From assembly GCA_965221165.1 (NCBI GenBank), contig CBDCRP010000003.1, positions 1,792,001 to 1,856,000 on the forward strand: 64,000 nucleotides of DNA. The letters run 5' to 3'. Shown piece by piece: positions 1 to 9,368 of the stretch; the first letter of the stretch is position 1, and every line of letters begins with the position of its first letter. Both the position numbers and the translations under genes were made by a program. Source of the DNA: a bacterium (GTDB taxonomy: Bacteria > UBA8248). Under the pieces are notes generated by a model. It saw only the letters and a list, made by a program, of their open reading frames with translations. It was not told the DNA's origin and searched no databases.

Positions 1-459
1 AGTTATCCCGTGTATTTTCTCTTCATCATCGCAGTCGGTCCACTGGTGGGCGTTTTTCTTTGGTTTGTTCTCCACCGAACTAATTTCGGGAAACTCATCC
101 GCGCCGCCTCCACGGACAGCGAGATGCTCGACGCCCTGGGGGTCAACGTGAACCGGGTATTCACCGGCGTGTTCGCCCTGGGCGCCTGGCTCGCGAGCCT
201 GGGCGGGATTCTGGCCGCGCCCATGAGGAGCGTCGAGCCCGGCATGGGGGTGGAGATCATCATCGAATCGTTCATCGTCGTCATCATCGGGGGGATGGGG
301 AGTTATCTGGGCGCGTTCGTGGGCGCCGTGCTCATCGGGATGCTCAAGGCGTTCGGCATCGAAATTCTCGAGAATTTTTCGATGGTTTTCATCTACGCCC
401 TCGTGCTGCCGATTCTAATCTTAAGACCCCGTGGTCTGTTCGGCGAGACGACAATCTAG
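1..459 (+). CDS. livH: Branched-chain amino acid ABC transporter permease (LivH-like), 5'-truncated by window edge
   Basis: RTNFGKLIRAAS...LGVNVNRV...IIGGMGS motifs; reading frame open from position 1; first of four Liv-type genes. Confidence 0.85.
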   Translation, partial: SYPVYFLFIIAVGPLVGVFLWFVLHRTNFGKLIRAASTDSEMLDALGVNVNRVFTGVFALGAWLASLGGILAAPMRSVEPGMGVEIIIESFIVVIIGGMGSYLGAFVGAVLIGMLKAFGIEILENFSMVFIYALVLPILILRPRGLFGETTI

Positions 460-481
460 GAACGGGAGCCTGGAAAGACGC

Positions 482-1510
482 ATGGAAAGTTCATCGAGCA
501 GAAAAATTTTCTTGAGCCGACTCACGGAGCGCATCCCCAAACGCTTCGGCGTCGCGGTTTTGCTCGGATTGGCCGTTCTCGCGCCCTTCCTGGTTCAGAA
601 CGATTATTATATTCAGCTTTGCACGGAAATTCTCATCGCGAGCCTGCTCGCCATCAGCCTGAATTTTCTCATCGGCTTCACCGGCCTCGTCTCCCTGGGA
701 CATGCGGTGTACCTGGGCGTCGGCGCCTATGCCTTCGCCCTTTTGACGAAGAACGTGTATCCCTCCATGTGGGCCGGATTGATAACGGCGGGCGCCTCCT
801 GCGCACTTCTCGCATGGTTCATGGGCATTTTCTGCGTACGTCTGGCGGGGTTGTATTTCGCCATGTTGACGCTCGCGTTCTCTCAAGTGGTCTACACCGT
901 CGCCTACTATTGGCGCGACGTTACGGGCGGGGATGACGGGATGCTCGGCATCCCCAAGCCCGAGATAGGGATTCCGGGCGTGTTCAGCATTTCTCTGGAA
1001 TCGTTTACGAACTTTTATTATTTCGTGCTGCTCATCGTGGCGGCGTTCATCTTCCTCGCGTGGAAAATCGCCAATTCCCCTTTTGGGAGGGTGCTTCAAG
1101 CCATCCGGGAAAATCCCGAGCGCGTGGAATTCATCGGCCTGCCCGTGCACAGGTACAAATTGTTCGCATTCATCATCGCCGGGACTCTCGGCGGTTTCGC
1201 GGGTGGGCTTTATTCGACTTTTCAGGGCTATATTTCACCCGATTTGCTCTACTGGACCCAATCGGGCGAAATTGTTCTGATGACGATCCTGGGCGGCATG
1301 TATTCTTTCCTGGGGCCCGCCTTCGGCGCGGGGCTGCTCCTGTTCATCCGGGATACGGTTTTGAATTTCATGGAGTACTGGAGGATCGTCGTCGGAGGCA
1401 TTCTGGTGCTCCTGGTCTTGTTCCTCCCCGGCGGAATCCTGGGATTTTTCGAGGGTTGGACCTCCAGATTATCGATAGGTGGAAACGATGGCGACGACGC
1501 CCGTTCTTGA
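482..1510 (+). CDS. livM: Branched-chain amino acid ABC transporter permease (LivM-like)
   Basis: SLNFLIGFTGLVSLGHA, GLYFAMLTLAF, TGGDDG, SPFGRVLQAIREN motifs; ATG at 482 chosen as start. Confidence 0.88.
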   Translation: MESSSSRKIFLSRLTERIPKRFGVAVLLGLAVLAPFLVQNDYYIQLCTEILIASLLAISLNFLIGFTGLVSLGHAVYLGVGAYAFALLTKNVYPSMWAGLITAGASCALLAWFMGIFCVRLAGLYFAMLTLAFSQVVYTVAYYWRDVTGGDDGMLGIPKPEIGIPGVFSISLESFTNFYYFVLLIVAAFIFLAWKIANSPFGRVLQAIRENPERVEFIGLPVHRYKLFAFIIAGTLGGFAGGLYSTFQGYISPDLLYWTQSGEIVLMTILGGMYSFLGPAFGAGLLLFIRDTVLNFMEYWRIVVGGILVLLVLFLPGGILGFFEGWTSRLSIGGNDGDDARS

Positions 1511-2240
1511 GACTCAGGATCTCACCAAGGCGTTCGGCTCACTGGTGGCGGTGAACGAGGTAAACTTTCAGGTCCCGCAGGGAGAGCTGTGCGCCGTCAT
1601 CGGGCCCAACGGGGCAGGGAAGACCACCTTGTTCAATCTGATTTCGGGGAGGCTCGAGCCGACCTCGGGCGGCGTTTTCTTCGAGGGGGAGGACATTACC
1701 GGCTTTCCGCCGCACGCGGTGGTGAAAAAAGGGGTGGGCCGCTCTTTTCAGATCACGAACATATTCCCCAGGCTCTCGGTTCTGGACAACGTGCGCATCG
1801 CCGTTTTGGCGAGACGGGGAAAGACGCTGGATATGTTCTCCCCCATCGAGAAGCACACCGAAGAACAGGAAGAGGCGCTTGAAATCCTCGGCGAGGTGGA
1901 ACTCGGCCACAAGGCGCATCACCCGACCACGGAACTCGGCCACGGGGAGAGAAGAAACCTGGAACTCGGCATCACGCTGGCGCTCGAGCCCCGGTTGATT
2001 CTGCTCGATGAGCCGACGGCCGGGATGTCGATCGAGGAGACGTCGAGCACCATCGATCTCGTAAAGAAGATATCCGCCGACAAAACGGTCATCTTCACGG
2101 AACACGACATGAGCGTGGTTTTCTCGATTGCCGACCGCATATCCGTCCTGCACCAGGGGAGCATCATCGCCGAGGGAACGCCGGATGAGATTCGCAGGGA
2201 CGACCTCGTTCGCCTCGCCTATCTGGGGGAAGAGGTGTGA
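1488..2240 (+). CDS. livG: ABC transporter ATP-binding protein (LivG-like)
   Basis: Walker A GPNGAGKTT, LLDEPTAGM, EHDM, C-terminal AYLG. Confidence 0.9.
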   Translation: MATTPVLETQDLTKAFGSLVAVNEVNFQVPQGELCAVIGPNGAGKTTLFNLISGRLEPTSGGVFFEGEDITGFPPHAVVKKGVGRSFQITNIFPRLSVLDNVRIAVLARRGKTLDMFSPIEKHTEEQEEALEILGEVELGHKAHHPTTELGHGERRNLELGITLALEPRLILLDEPTAGMSIEETSSTIDLVKKISADKTVIFTEHDMSVVFSIADRISVLHQGSIIAEGTPDEIRRDDLVRLAYLGEEV

Positions 2241-2938
2241 TTCTCATCGTCGAGAAAATAAATACGTTCTATGGGCACAGCCATATTTTGTTCGACGTGG
2301 ATTTGTCCATCGCCGAAGGGGAGGTGGTGAGCCTTCTCGGTAGGAACGGCGCGGGCAAGACGACAACGCTGCGCTCCATCATGGGGTTGACGCCCCCTCG
2401 GGCGGGGAGCGTGCGCTGGCTGGGCGAGGAGGTGCAACGCTTGAAGCCGCATGTGATTGCCAGAAAGGGCGTGGGTTTCGTGCCCGAGGACAGGAGAATC
2501 TTCTCCCGTCTGAGCGTGGAGGAAAATCTCGAGATAGGCGCATTCAAGCTGGATCGGGCAAGCCTCTGGACACTTGAGCGCATATATGGTCTTTTCCCTC
2601 AGCTCGAGCAATTGAAGGCGCACAAGGGAAACGAACTCAGTGGAGGTGAACAGCAGATGCTGGCCATCGCCCGCGCTTTGATGGGGGCTCCGAAACTCGT
2701 TTTGCTCGATGAACCCTCGGAAGGTCTGGCGCCGGTCATCGTGAAAGACGTGGGCGAGATGATCGGCACGCTCAAGGACGAGGGAATCGCCGTTCTCTTG
2801 GTGGAGCAAAATGCGCGTTTCGCCTGTCGGCTCTCCGATCGCGTCTACATCATCGATAACGGCAGGGTGCGTTTCGGTGGTACGGTGGCGCAGCTCGAAG
2901 CGGACGAGGAACTCAAATCGCGTTATCTGGCCGTTTGA
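2237..2938 (+). CDS. livF: ABC transporter ATP-binding protein (LivF-like)
   Basis: GRNGAGKTT, LSGGEQQM, LLDEPSEGLAP, LVEQN; GTGA overlap with upstream stop. Confidence 0.9.
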   Translation: MILIVEKINTFYGHSHILFDVDLSIAEGEVVSLLGRNGAGKTTTLRSIMGLTPPRAGSVRWLGEEVQRLKPHVIARKGVGFVPEDRRIFSRLSVEENLEIGAFKLDRASLWTLERIYGLFPQLEQLKAHKGNELSGGEQQMLAIARALMGAPKLVLLDEPSEGLAPVIVKDVGEMIGTLKDEGIAVLLVEQNARFACRLSDRVYIIDNGRVRFGGTVAQLEADEELKSRYLAV

Positions 2939-2977
2939 TTTTTTGTTTTCCCGGCAGGGAAACGAGGAGGGTTTTGG

Positions 2978-3985
2978 ATGAACTCCCGTGTCGAATTCGG
3001 TTTGATCATGGCCCTGACCATCCGCGGGCTCGCCGTCGGAAACTTCGAGGACATGAAATCCGTGGCCCAGGAGGCGGAGAGGCTGGGCTTTGATTCGGTA
3101 TGGCTTTGCGATCACTTCCTGACGCTCGACCCGAGTTCGTATGCCAAAGACGCCGGTTTCGATGCGGCGGGGGACTCAGAAGGCGTCGGTTCCGGCTCCA
3201 TCCCCTTGCTCGAAACCTGGACGGCGCTCAGCGCCCTCTCGCAGGTGACGAAAAAACTCCGCTTGGGAACCAGCGTTCTCAGCAATTCTTACCGCATCCC
3301 CTCTGTGCTCGCGAAGATGGGCGCGACGCTGGATCACATCAGCGGCGGACGGCTCGATTTGGGTCTCGGCGCGGGCTGGATGCAGGAGGAATACGAGGCT
3401 TACGGCATACCTTTCCCGAGGGCTTCTGTTCGCATCGCCCAGATGGAAGAGGCGGTTCAGTTGATCCGCAAGATCTGGACGGAGCCCCACCCCACGTTCG
3501 AGGGCGAGCATTACACGATAAAGGGCGCGGTGTGCGACCCCCCGCCGGTTCAAAAACCCTCGCCTCCGATATGGATTGGCGGGGAGGGGAAGAAAGTCCT
3601 TCGCGCGGCGGCCAGATACGCCGATGGCTTCAACGTGCGCTGGTGGCCTCCCGAGCACTATCTCGAACGCAAGGAGGAGATTGACGCCAACTGCGAGGAG
3701 GCTGGGCGCGACCCCCAGGCGTTCAGGCGCTCCTTGATGTGCCTTCTTCTGCCGAGCCATGACCGCGCGCGAATCGAGGCCGAAAAAAAGCGATTTGCCG
3801 CCATTCCTGAGACTGGTATAATTTCGGGCACACCCAAGGAATGCGTGGAACGGATGATGGAATACGTCGACGCGGGCGTCAGGCATTTTCTGTATACGAT
3901 CCCCGACGTAGCCGAAATGGATATGCTTCGTCTCGCGGGAGAGGAGATTCTTCCCGAGGTCAGGAATCTGGCGAACGGGAGTTGA
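2978..3985 (+). CDS. LLM-class (luciferase-like) flavin/F420-dependent oxidoreductase
   Basis: AERLGFDSVWLCDH, LAKMGATLDHISGGRLDLGLGAGW, PPIWIGGEG motifs. Confidence 0.88.
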   Translation: MNSRVEFGLIMALTIRGLAVGNFEDMKSVAQEAERLGFDSVWLCDHFLTLDPSSYAKDAGFDAAGDSEGVGSGSIPLLETWTALSALSQVTKKLRLGTSVLSNSYRIPSVLAKMGATLDHISGGRLDLGLGAGWMQEEYEAYGIPFPRASVRIAQMEEAVQLIRKIWTEPHPTFEGEHYTIKGAVCDPPPVQKPSPPIWIGGEGKKVLRAAARYADGFNVRWWPPEHYLERKEEIDANCEEAGRDPQAFRRSLMCLLLPSHDRARIEAEKKRFAAIPETGIISGTPKECVERMMEYVDAGVRHFLYTIPDVAEMDMLRLAGEEILPEVRNLANGS

Positions 3986-4016
3986 AGCCGTTTATATCTA
4001 GCAGGGAGATTTTCAA

Positions 4017-4706
4017 ATGAATGAAAACCGAGAACTCGCCGATTACTTGAAGCCCACCGAATTCATCGATTCGGACAATCCCGATATCGTCTCCAAAGCC
4101 GAAGAACTCACGGACGGCTGCGCGGACGAGAAGGAAAAACTCGGAAATATCTATTACTTCGTCCGCGATTTTCCCTACGATATTCTAGACTCGTTCCGCT
4201 ACCTCGCCGAGGGGAAACGCCAGGCGAGCGACGTGCTCAATAACGGCAAGGCGTTCTGCATGGGCAAGGCCAGCATGTTCGCCGCTCTGTGCCGTGCGTC
4301 GGGCATTCCCTCGCGCATCGGTTTCCAGCAGCTTCATTGCCCCGATAAACCTTTCATGAACGAGGAGGTCGCCAAGATTTGGGGCGACCGCAAGCTGCCG
4401 TGGCACTCGCTGGGAGAGGCGTATCTGGACGGCAGGTGGCTCAAGCTCGACGCCACGATCGACAAGGAATTCGCCTCGCGGAAAGGGCGGGTATATTCCC
4501 AGGAGTTCGACGGCGTACACGACATTCCCTCCGTGGAAGGCCCTCTCATCAAGGACCTCCCCAGCCACACGGACTACCCGAAAGACGTTGCCGACTGGTA
4601 TGAGCAGGTCGCCAAGGACGTCGTCGCAACTGTGGAGGAAGATGTGGTCCATAAAGACGTTTTGAGCGATCAGGAATGGTCCGGCCCCGAGGCCGAGAAA
4701 TTATAG
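4017..4706 (+). CDS. Transglutaminase-like (papain-fold) protein
   Basis: YLKPTEFIDSD N-terminus; Cys-His-Asp triad in FCMGKA, WHSLGEAY, WLKLDAT. Confidence 0.82.
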   Translation: MNENRELADYLKPTEFIDSDNPDIVSKAEELTDGCADEKEKLGNIYYFVRDFPYDILDSFRYLAEGKRQASDVLNNGKAFCMGKASMFAALCRASGIPSRIGFQQLHCPDKPFMNEEVAKIWGDRKLPWHSLGEAYLDGRWLKLDATIDKEFASRKGRVYSQEFDGVHDIPSVEGPLIKDLPSHTDYPKDVADWYEQVAKDVVATVEEDVVHKDVLSDQEWSGPEAEKL

Positions 4707-4762
4707 AGCGGGGCACCCCCAGAATGGAGAATGGTCGAAAAAATGTCCAATGAAAGGAGCTT

Positions 4763-6274
4763 TTGATGTCGGGTAATGTCGTGAAGGTGACCGAGTTCCC
4801 CCTCACCCAGGAAGTGGAGCAGCAATATATCGACGGCGTCTGGATCAAAGGCGAGCGCGGCGAGCCGATAGACGTGCTCAATCCCTCGAACAACGAGACG
4901 ATTTTTCAGTTGTTCCCGGCATCTGACGCGCAGGTCGATGAGGCCGTCGCCTCCTGCTGGCGGGCGTTTCACGATGCGTCCTGGAAGAAGATGCCCGCCC
5001 TCGAGCGCGGAAAATTGATTACGAAACTCGCAGGCCTGATGCGCGAGCACGCGGAAACCCTCGCGAGATTAGAGGCGACCAACACGGGCATCCCCATCCG
5101 GGAGAGCCGTCTGGAATCTGCCTCTTCCGCGCGCCATTTCGAGTATTTCGCCGGGTGGGCCGGCAAAGTGGAGGGCAGCGCGCAGCCCCTTATGAACGAT
5201 CGCCTCATGTATTCGACGAGGGAGCCTTTGGGCGTCGTGGCCATCATCGTTCCCTGGAACACCCCGCTCAAGCTCATGTCCCGGGGGCTGGCCGCCGCTC
5301 TGACCTGCGGCAACACGGTGGTGGTCAAGCCCTCCGCCGTCGCCCTGGCCTCGGTGCTCTATTTCGGGAAACTGGTCGAAGAGGCCGGGTTCCCGCCGGG
5401 GGTGATCAACATCGTCGCGGGTTCGGGGTGCTCGACGGGCGCCAAGATCGTGGGCCATCCCGATATCAGAAAAATCGTCTTCACGGGCGGTACGGAGGGC
5501 GGCCTGGAAGTCCTCGGGCTCGCGGCAAAGAACGTGACCCCGGTGTTGGCCGAACTGGGAGGCAAGGGCCCCATCATCGTTTGCGAAGACGCTGATTTGG
5601 ACGAGGCGGCGGATGGCGTGATGAGCCAGGTGTTCGCCCGCCAGGGCGAGGTCTGTTTCGCAGGCACCCGCCTGTTCCTCCCGCCTTCCATCCACGATGC
5701 GTTCGTCGAGAAGATTATCGAGCGGGTCGAAGGGATAGGTGTGGGCGACGCCATGGATGAAGCGACCGATATGGGGCCGCTCATTTCCCGCGATCATCTC
5801 GCAGATGTGGCTGGTTACGTCGAATCGGCAGTAGAGGACGGGGCGCGCGTCGCCTGTGGGGGCGGTCGCGCGGCGCCGGAAGGAGGGCCGGACGGCAATT
5901 TCATGCAGCCCACGGTGCTCACGGGCGTGAACCAGGGAATGAAGGTGGCGTGCGAGGAGGTTTTCGGCCCCGTTCTAACGGTTCATGAGTATGATTCTCT
6001 CGACGATGCGGTCAGGGACGCCAACGCCACGGACTTCGGGTTGGCGAGCTACGTCTGGACGAGCGACCTGCGCCGAGCGCATCGCCTCGCTCAGGAGCTT
6101 GATTGTGGAAACGTGTTCATCAACACCTACCGCTACGGCTCGGAGATACCCTTCGGCGGCGTGAAGAAAAGCGGCATCGGCAGGGAGCATGGCGAGGAGG
6201 CGCTGCGCGAATACACCCAGGTGAAAAGCGTCTGTATCGGGCTTTCAAGATGGCATTCCTGGAATCGTGATTAA
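4763..6274 (+). CDS. NAD(P)-dependent aldehyde dehydrogenase
   Basis: PWNTP, FTGGT, ELGGKGP (catalytic Glu), GEVCFAG (catalytic Cys), EEVFGP, PFGGVKKSG. Confidence 0.93.
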   Translation: MMSGNVVKVTEFPLTQEVEQQYIDGVWIKGERGEPIDVLNPSNNETIFQLFPASDAQVDEAVASCWRAFHDASWKKMPALERGKLITKLAGLMREHAETLARLEATNTGIPIRESRLESASSARHFEYFAGWAGKVEGSAQPLMNDRLMYSTREPLGVVAIIVPWNTPLKLMSRGLAAALTCGNTVVVKPSAVALASVLYFGKLVEEAGFPPGVINIVAGSGCSTGAKIVGHPDIRKIVFTGGTEGGLEVLGLAAKNVTPVLAELGGKGPIIVCEDADLDEAADGVMSQVFARQGEVCFAGTRLFLPPSIHDAFVEKIIERVEGIGVGDAMDEATDMGPLISRDHLADVAGYVESAVEDGARVACGGGRAAPEGGPDGNFMQPTVLTGVNQGMKVACEEVFGPVLTVHEYDSLDDAVRDANATDFGLASYVWTSDLRRAHRLAQELDCGNVFINTYRYGSEIPFGGVKKSGIGREHGEEALREYTQVKSVCIGLSRWHSWNRD

Positions 6275-6339
6275 GATGATCCCATGAAATTCAAGAAATT
6301 TTTCAACGCATTTCTAGCGCATTTCAAGGAGGTAACATC

Positions 6340-7299
6340 ATGAAGAAGTTCTGGCTGGTTTTCGCACTCGCCTTCGTCGTTGCGGGGGTGTCGGCTGCAC
6401 CCGCCTCGGCCGCCTATCCGACGAAGCCGGTGGAAATGACCATCACCTTCAAGGCCGGCGGCGCCGCGGATATTTCGGGCCGCACCGTGGCGAAAGCGGC
6501 CGAAAAAGTGTTCGGCCAGCCCATCGTCGCCGTTAACCGACCGGGAGCGGGCGGAACAATCGGCTTCGCCTACGTCAAGACCGCCCCTCCCAGCGGATAC
6601 AAGATCGGCTGGCTTTCCGCTTCTATTCTCACCGGCACGAACATGGGACGCCTGCCCTATGACTACCGCGCCTGGGATTACGTTTCCCGCGTGGTGTTCG
6701 AGGCGACCGCCATCGTCGTGCGGGGCGATTCCCCCTACAAGTCGCTTCCCGAACTCGTGAAGGCGGCCAAATCGAAGACGCTCAAGATCGGAAGCGCGGG
6801 TTCAGGCAGCTTTACGAGGCTCACGGCTTCGGCGTTGGCGAAAAAAGCAGGCTTCAAGTTCCGTCACGTCCCCCTGGGCAAACGCCGCGTGCCCAGCCTC
6901 CTCGGCGGCGAGGTCGATGCGATTTCCGTCCATCCGCCCGAGGTCCTTGCCCTTCACAAGGCGGGCAAAGTCCGCATGCTGGCCGTTTCTTTCCCGAAGC
7001 GCCATCCGGCCTATCCCAAGGTTCCCCTGTTCAGCGAACATGGGTGGGATGTCGGTTTCTATCAGTTCCGGGGTCTGCATGTTCCCAAGGGAACGCCCGC
7101 CGAAGCGGTTCAAAAGATCCACAAGGCCTTCGCGGCGGCTGCGAAGGATCCGAAAGTCCTGGCCACCGCCGAGAAAAGAGGTTTCATGGTCTCCTACATG
7201 GGCCCGGATAAATTCCCGGCCTTCGTGGCCGAGCAAAACGCCTTGATCAAGGATATCGTCGTTTCGTTGGGTCTGGATAAGAAGAAAAAGAAGAAATAA
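6340..7299 (+). CDS. tctC: Tripartite tricarboxylate transporter substrate-binding protein
   Basis: Signal peptide, YPTKPV...AGGAAD, NRPGAGGTIG (Bug/TctC family); upstream of tctB/tctA. Confidence 0.88.
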   Translation: MKKFWLVFALAFVVAGVSAAPASAAYPTKPVEMTITFKAGGAADISGRTVAKAAEKVFGQPIVAVNRPGAGGTIGFAYVKTAPPSGYKIGWLSASILTGTNMGRLPYDYRAWDYVSRVVFEATAIVVRGDSPYKSLPELVKAAKSKTLKIGSAGSGSFTRLTASALAKKAGFKFRHVPLGKRRVPSLLGGEVDAISVHPPEVLALHKAGKVRMLAVSFPKRHPAYPKVPLFSEHGWDVGFYQFRGLHVPKGTPAEAVQKIHKAFAAAAKDPKVLATAEKRGFMVSYMGPDKFPAFVAEQNALIKDIVVSLGLDKKKKKK

Positions 7300-7348
7300 A
7301 CTTCTGAATCCGTGCTGAGGACGAAAAGCCACAAGGGATCGGGTTTTC

Positions 7349-7834
7349 ATGACGGAGGAGAGTAAAAAAATCAGGCTGCGCGTCGGACGCCTCGTCGTTC
7401 CGGGCCTTCTGGTGGTTTTTTGCATTTGGTATGGTTCGATTATTCTGGAGTTGCCCCAGGGGCCAGGGGAAGAAGGTCCCCTGGGGCCTTCTTTTGTCCC
7501 ATGGCTGTGGGTATCGTTCCTTGTCGTTCTGACACTGGTTGATATCGGGACGGATTACCTCGGCGCGCCTCGTGAGCAAGCTCGTGTCGTCATCGAGAGA
7601 AAGAGCATTCTCGACGCCTTGATCCTCTGCCTCTTGCTGGCGGGCTTCGCACTCCTGATGCAGTATGTCGGTTTTTCCGCCTCGGTCGTGGTGTTTCTGG
7701 CCGTCTCCATCTGGTGGAGCGGAATCCGCGCCCTGAAAATCATACTCCCCTACGCCGTCATCTTCGCCCTGGTGGTGAACTACGTCTTTCACCGCGTTCT
7801 CCAGGTGCCCTTGCCCCAGGACTGGCTCTTCTAA
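7349..7834 (+). CDS. tctB: Tripartite tricarboxylate transporter small permease
   Basis: About four TM segments, LGPSFVP, C-terminal F..VLQVPLP. Confidence 0.82.
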   Translation: MTEESKKIRLRVGRLVVPGLLVVFCIWYGSIILELPQGPGEEGPLGPSFVPWLWVSFLVVLTLVDIGTDYLGAPREQARVVIERKSILDALILCLLLAGFALLMQYVGFSASVVVFLAVSIWWSGIRALKIILPYAVIFALVVNYVFHRVLQVPLPQDWLF

Positions 7835-7836
7835 AG

Positions 7837-9327
7837 ATGGATCTCCTGGTGGACGGCCTCGTCCAGGCCCTGGCGTGGAAGCCTTTTTTATTCGCCGTTC
7901 TGGGAAGTTTTTTAGGAATAGTATTCGCGGCCATTCCCGGCCTCACGGTGAGCATGGGCATCATTCTCCTGCTGCCTTTCACCTTTCACATGGCGAGCGT
8001 GACGTCCATGAGCCTTCTGGTGGGCGTTTTCGTCGGCGGGATGACCGGAGGAAGCATCTCGGCCATTCTGCTCAACATTCCCGGCAATCCCGCCGCCATC
8101 GTCACGAGTCTGGACGGACACCCCCTCGCCCGGAAGGGCCGGGCCGGGGTCGCGCTGGGCGTGGCTTTTTTCTCCAGTTTTTTCGGCGGATTGTTCAGCC
8201 TCGTCTGCCTGGTGACCATCGCGCCCCAGTTGGCGGATTTCGCCCTGAACTTCGGCGCGCCGGAACTGGCGTCGCTGGTCTTGCTGGGTCTTTGCCTCAT
8301 CTGTGGATTCGCACAAACCTCGATGAGCAAGGCCCTTATCTCGGGCGTGCTGGGTTTGAGTTTTTCCACCGTCGGCATGGACCCCATCGATTCCATACCG
8401 CGCTTCACGTTTTCCGTCGTACAGATTCAGCAGGGGGTTTCTTTTCTGCCGGTGATGATCGGGCTTTTCGCGGTGCCCGAGATCATCTCAGGCATGCGCG
8501 GCTCCGTCGTCTCTTTACCGGATTTCTCCACGCGCCTGCGCGACTTGCTGCCCTCGCCGGGAATATTCGTGGGTCTCTGGAAGACGCTCGCGCAATCCTC
8601 CCTCATCGGGACCACCATCGGATTGTTGCCGGGTACGGGAAGCGCCGTCGCCGCCGTGCTGAGCTACAACACGGCGCAGCGCCGCTCGCCTGAACCCGAA
8701 TCGTTCGGGGAGGGAAAGCTGGAGGGCGTATCCGCGCCCGAGGCCGCCAACAGCGCCATGACCGGCGGTGCGATGATCCCGATGCTCACGCTGGGAATCC
8801 CCGGTGACCCCGTAACCGCCGTGATGCTCGGCGCGCTCACCATCCAGGGGCTCGCGCCTGGGCCTCTCCTGTTCGAGAGCCACGGCGGTTTCGTGTTTTC
8901 CATATTCGGGTCTTTTTTCATCGCCTTGTTCCTGACCATCATCATCGCGCTGCTGGGCATACGCCTGTTCGTCCAGGTGTTGCGCGTGCCCACGGGGCTG
9001 CTTTTCCCGAGCATCGCGGTGTTCTGCGTCATCGGGGCGTTCGCGCTTCAGAACAGCTTTTTCGACGTATTCCTGATGATTGGTTTTGGGTTGCTCGGCT
9101 TTTTCATGCAGAAGTTCCACTATCCGATAATGCCCTTGCTGCTGGCGATCATCCTGGGCCCCGTGTTTGAGAAAAACGCCAGAATGTCGCTCATCCTCTC
9201 GGACGGCGACCCAGGGATTTTCTTCCGCAAGCCGATAAGCCTGGTGTTTCTTGTCTTGGCTTTGGTCTATCTTATCAGCGTTTTTCTGAAAAGAACTTCT
9301 CTTTTGAAGAAGCAGGGTTCCGCCTGA
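7837..9327 (+). CDS. tctA: Tripartite tricarboxylate transporter large permease
   Basis: AIPGL, GGSISAILLNIPG, APEAANSA, LTLGIPGD motifs; ATG at 7837. Confidence 0.92.
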   Translation: MDLLVDGLVQALAWKPFLFAVLGSFLGIVFAAIPGLTVSMGIILLLPFTFHMASVTSMSLLVGVFVGGMTGGSISAILLNIPGNPAAIVTSLDGHPLARKGRAGVALGVAFFSSFFGGLFSLVCLVTIAPQLADFALNFGAPELASLVLLGLCLICGFAQTSMSKALISGVLGLSFSTVGMDPIDSIPRFTFSVVQIQQGVSFLPVMIGLFAVPEIISGMRGSVVSLPDFSTRLRDLLPSPGIFVGLWKTLAQSSLIGTTIGLLPGTGSAVAAVLSYNTAQRRSPEPESFGEGKLEGVSAPEAANSAMTGGAMIPMLTLGIPGDPVTAVMLGALTIQGLAPGPLLFESHGGFVFSIFGSFFIALFLTIIIALLGIRLFVQVLRVPTGLLFPSIAVFCVIGAFALQNSFFDVFLMIGFGLLGFFMQKFHYPIMPLLLAIILGPVFEKNARMSLILSDGDPGIFFRKPISLVFLVLALVYLISVFLKRTSLLKKQGSA

Positions 9328-9368
9328 TCCGCCATTCCATTTCGCCGTACAGAGGGAGGCGCCGAACC

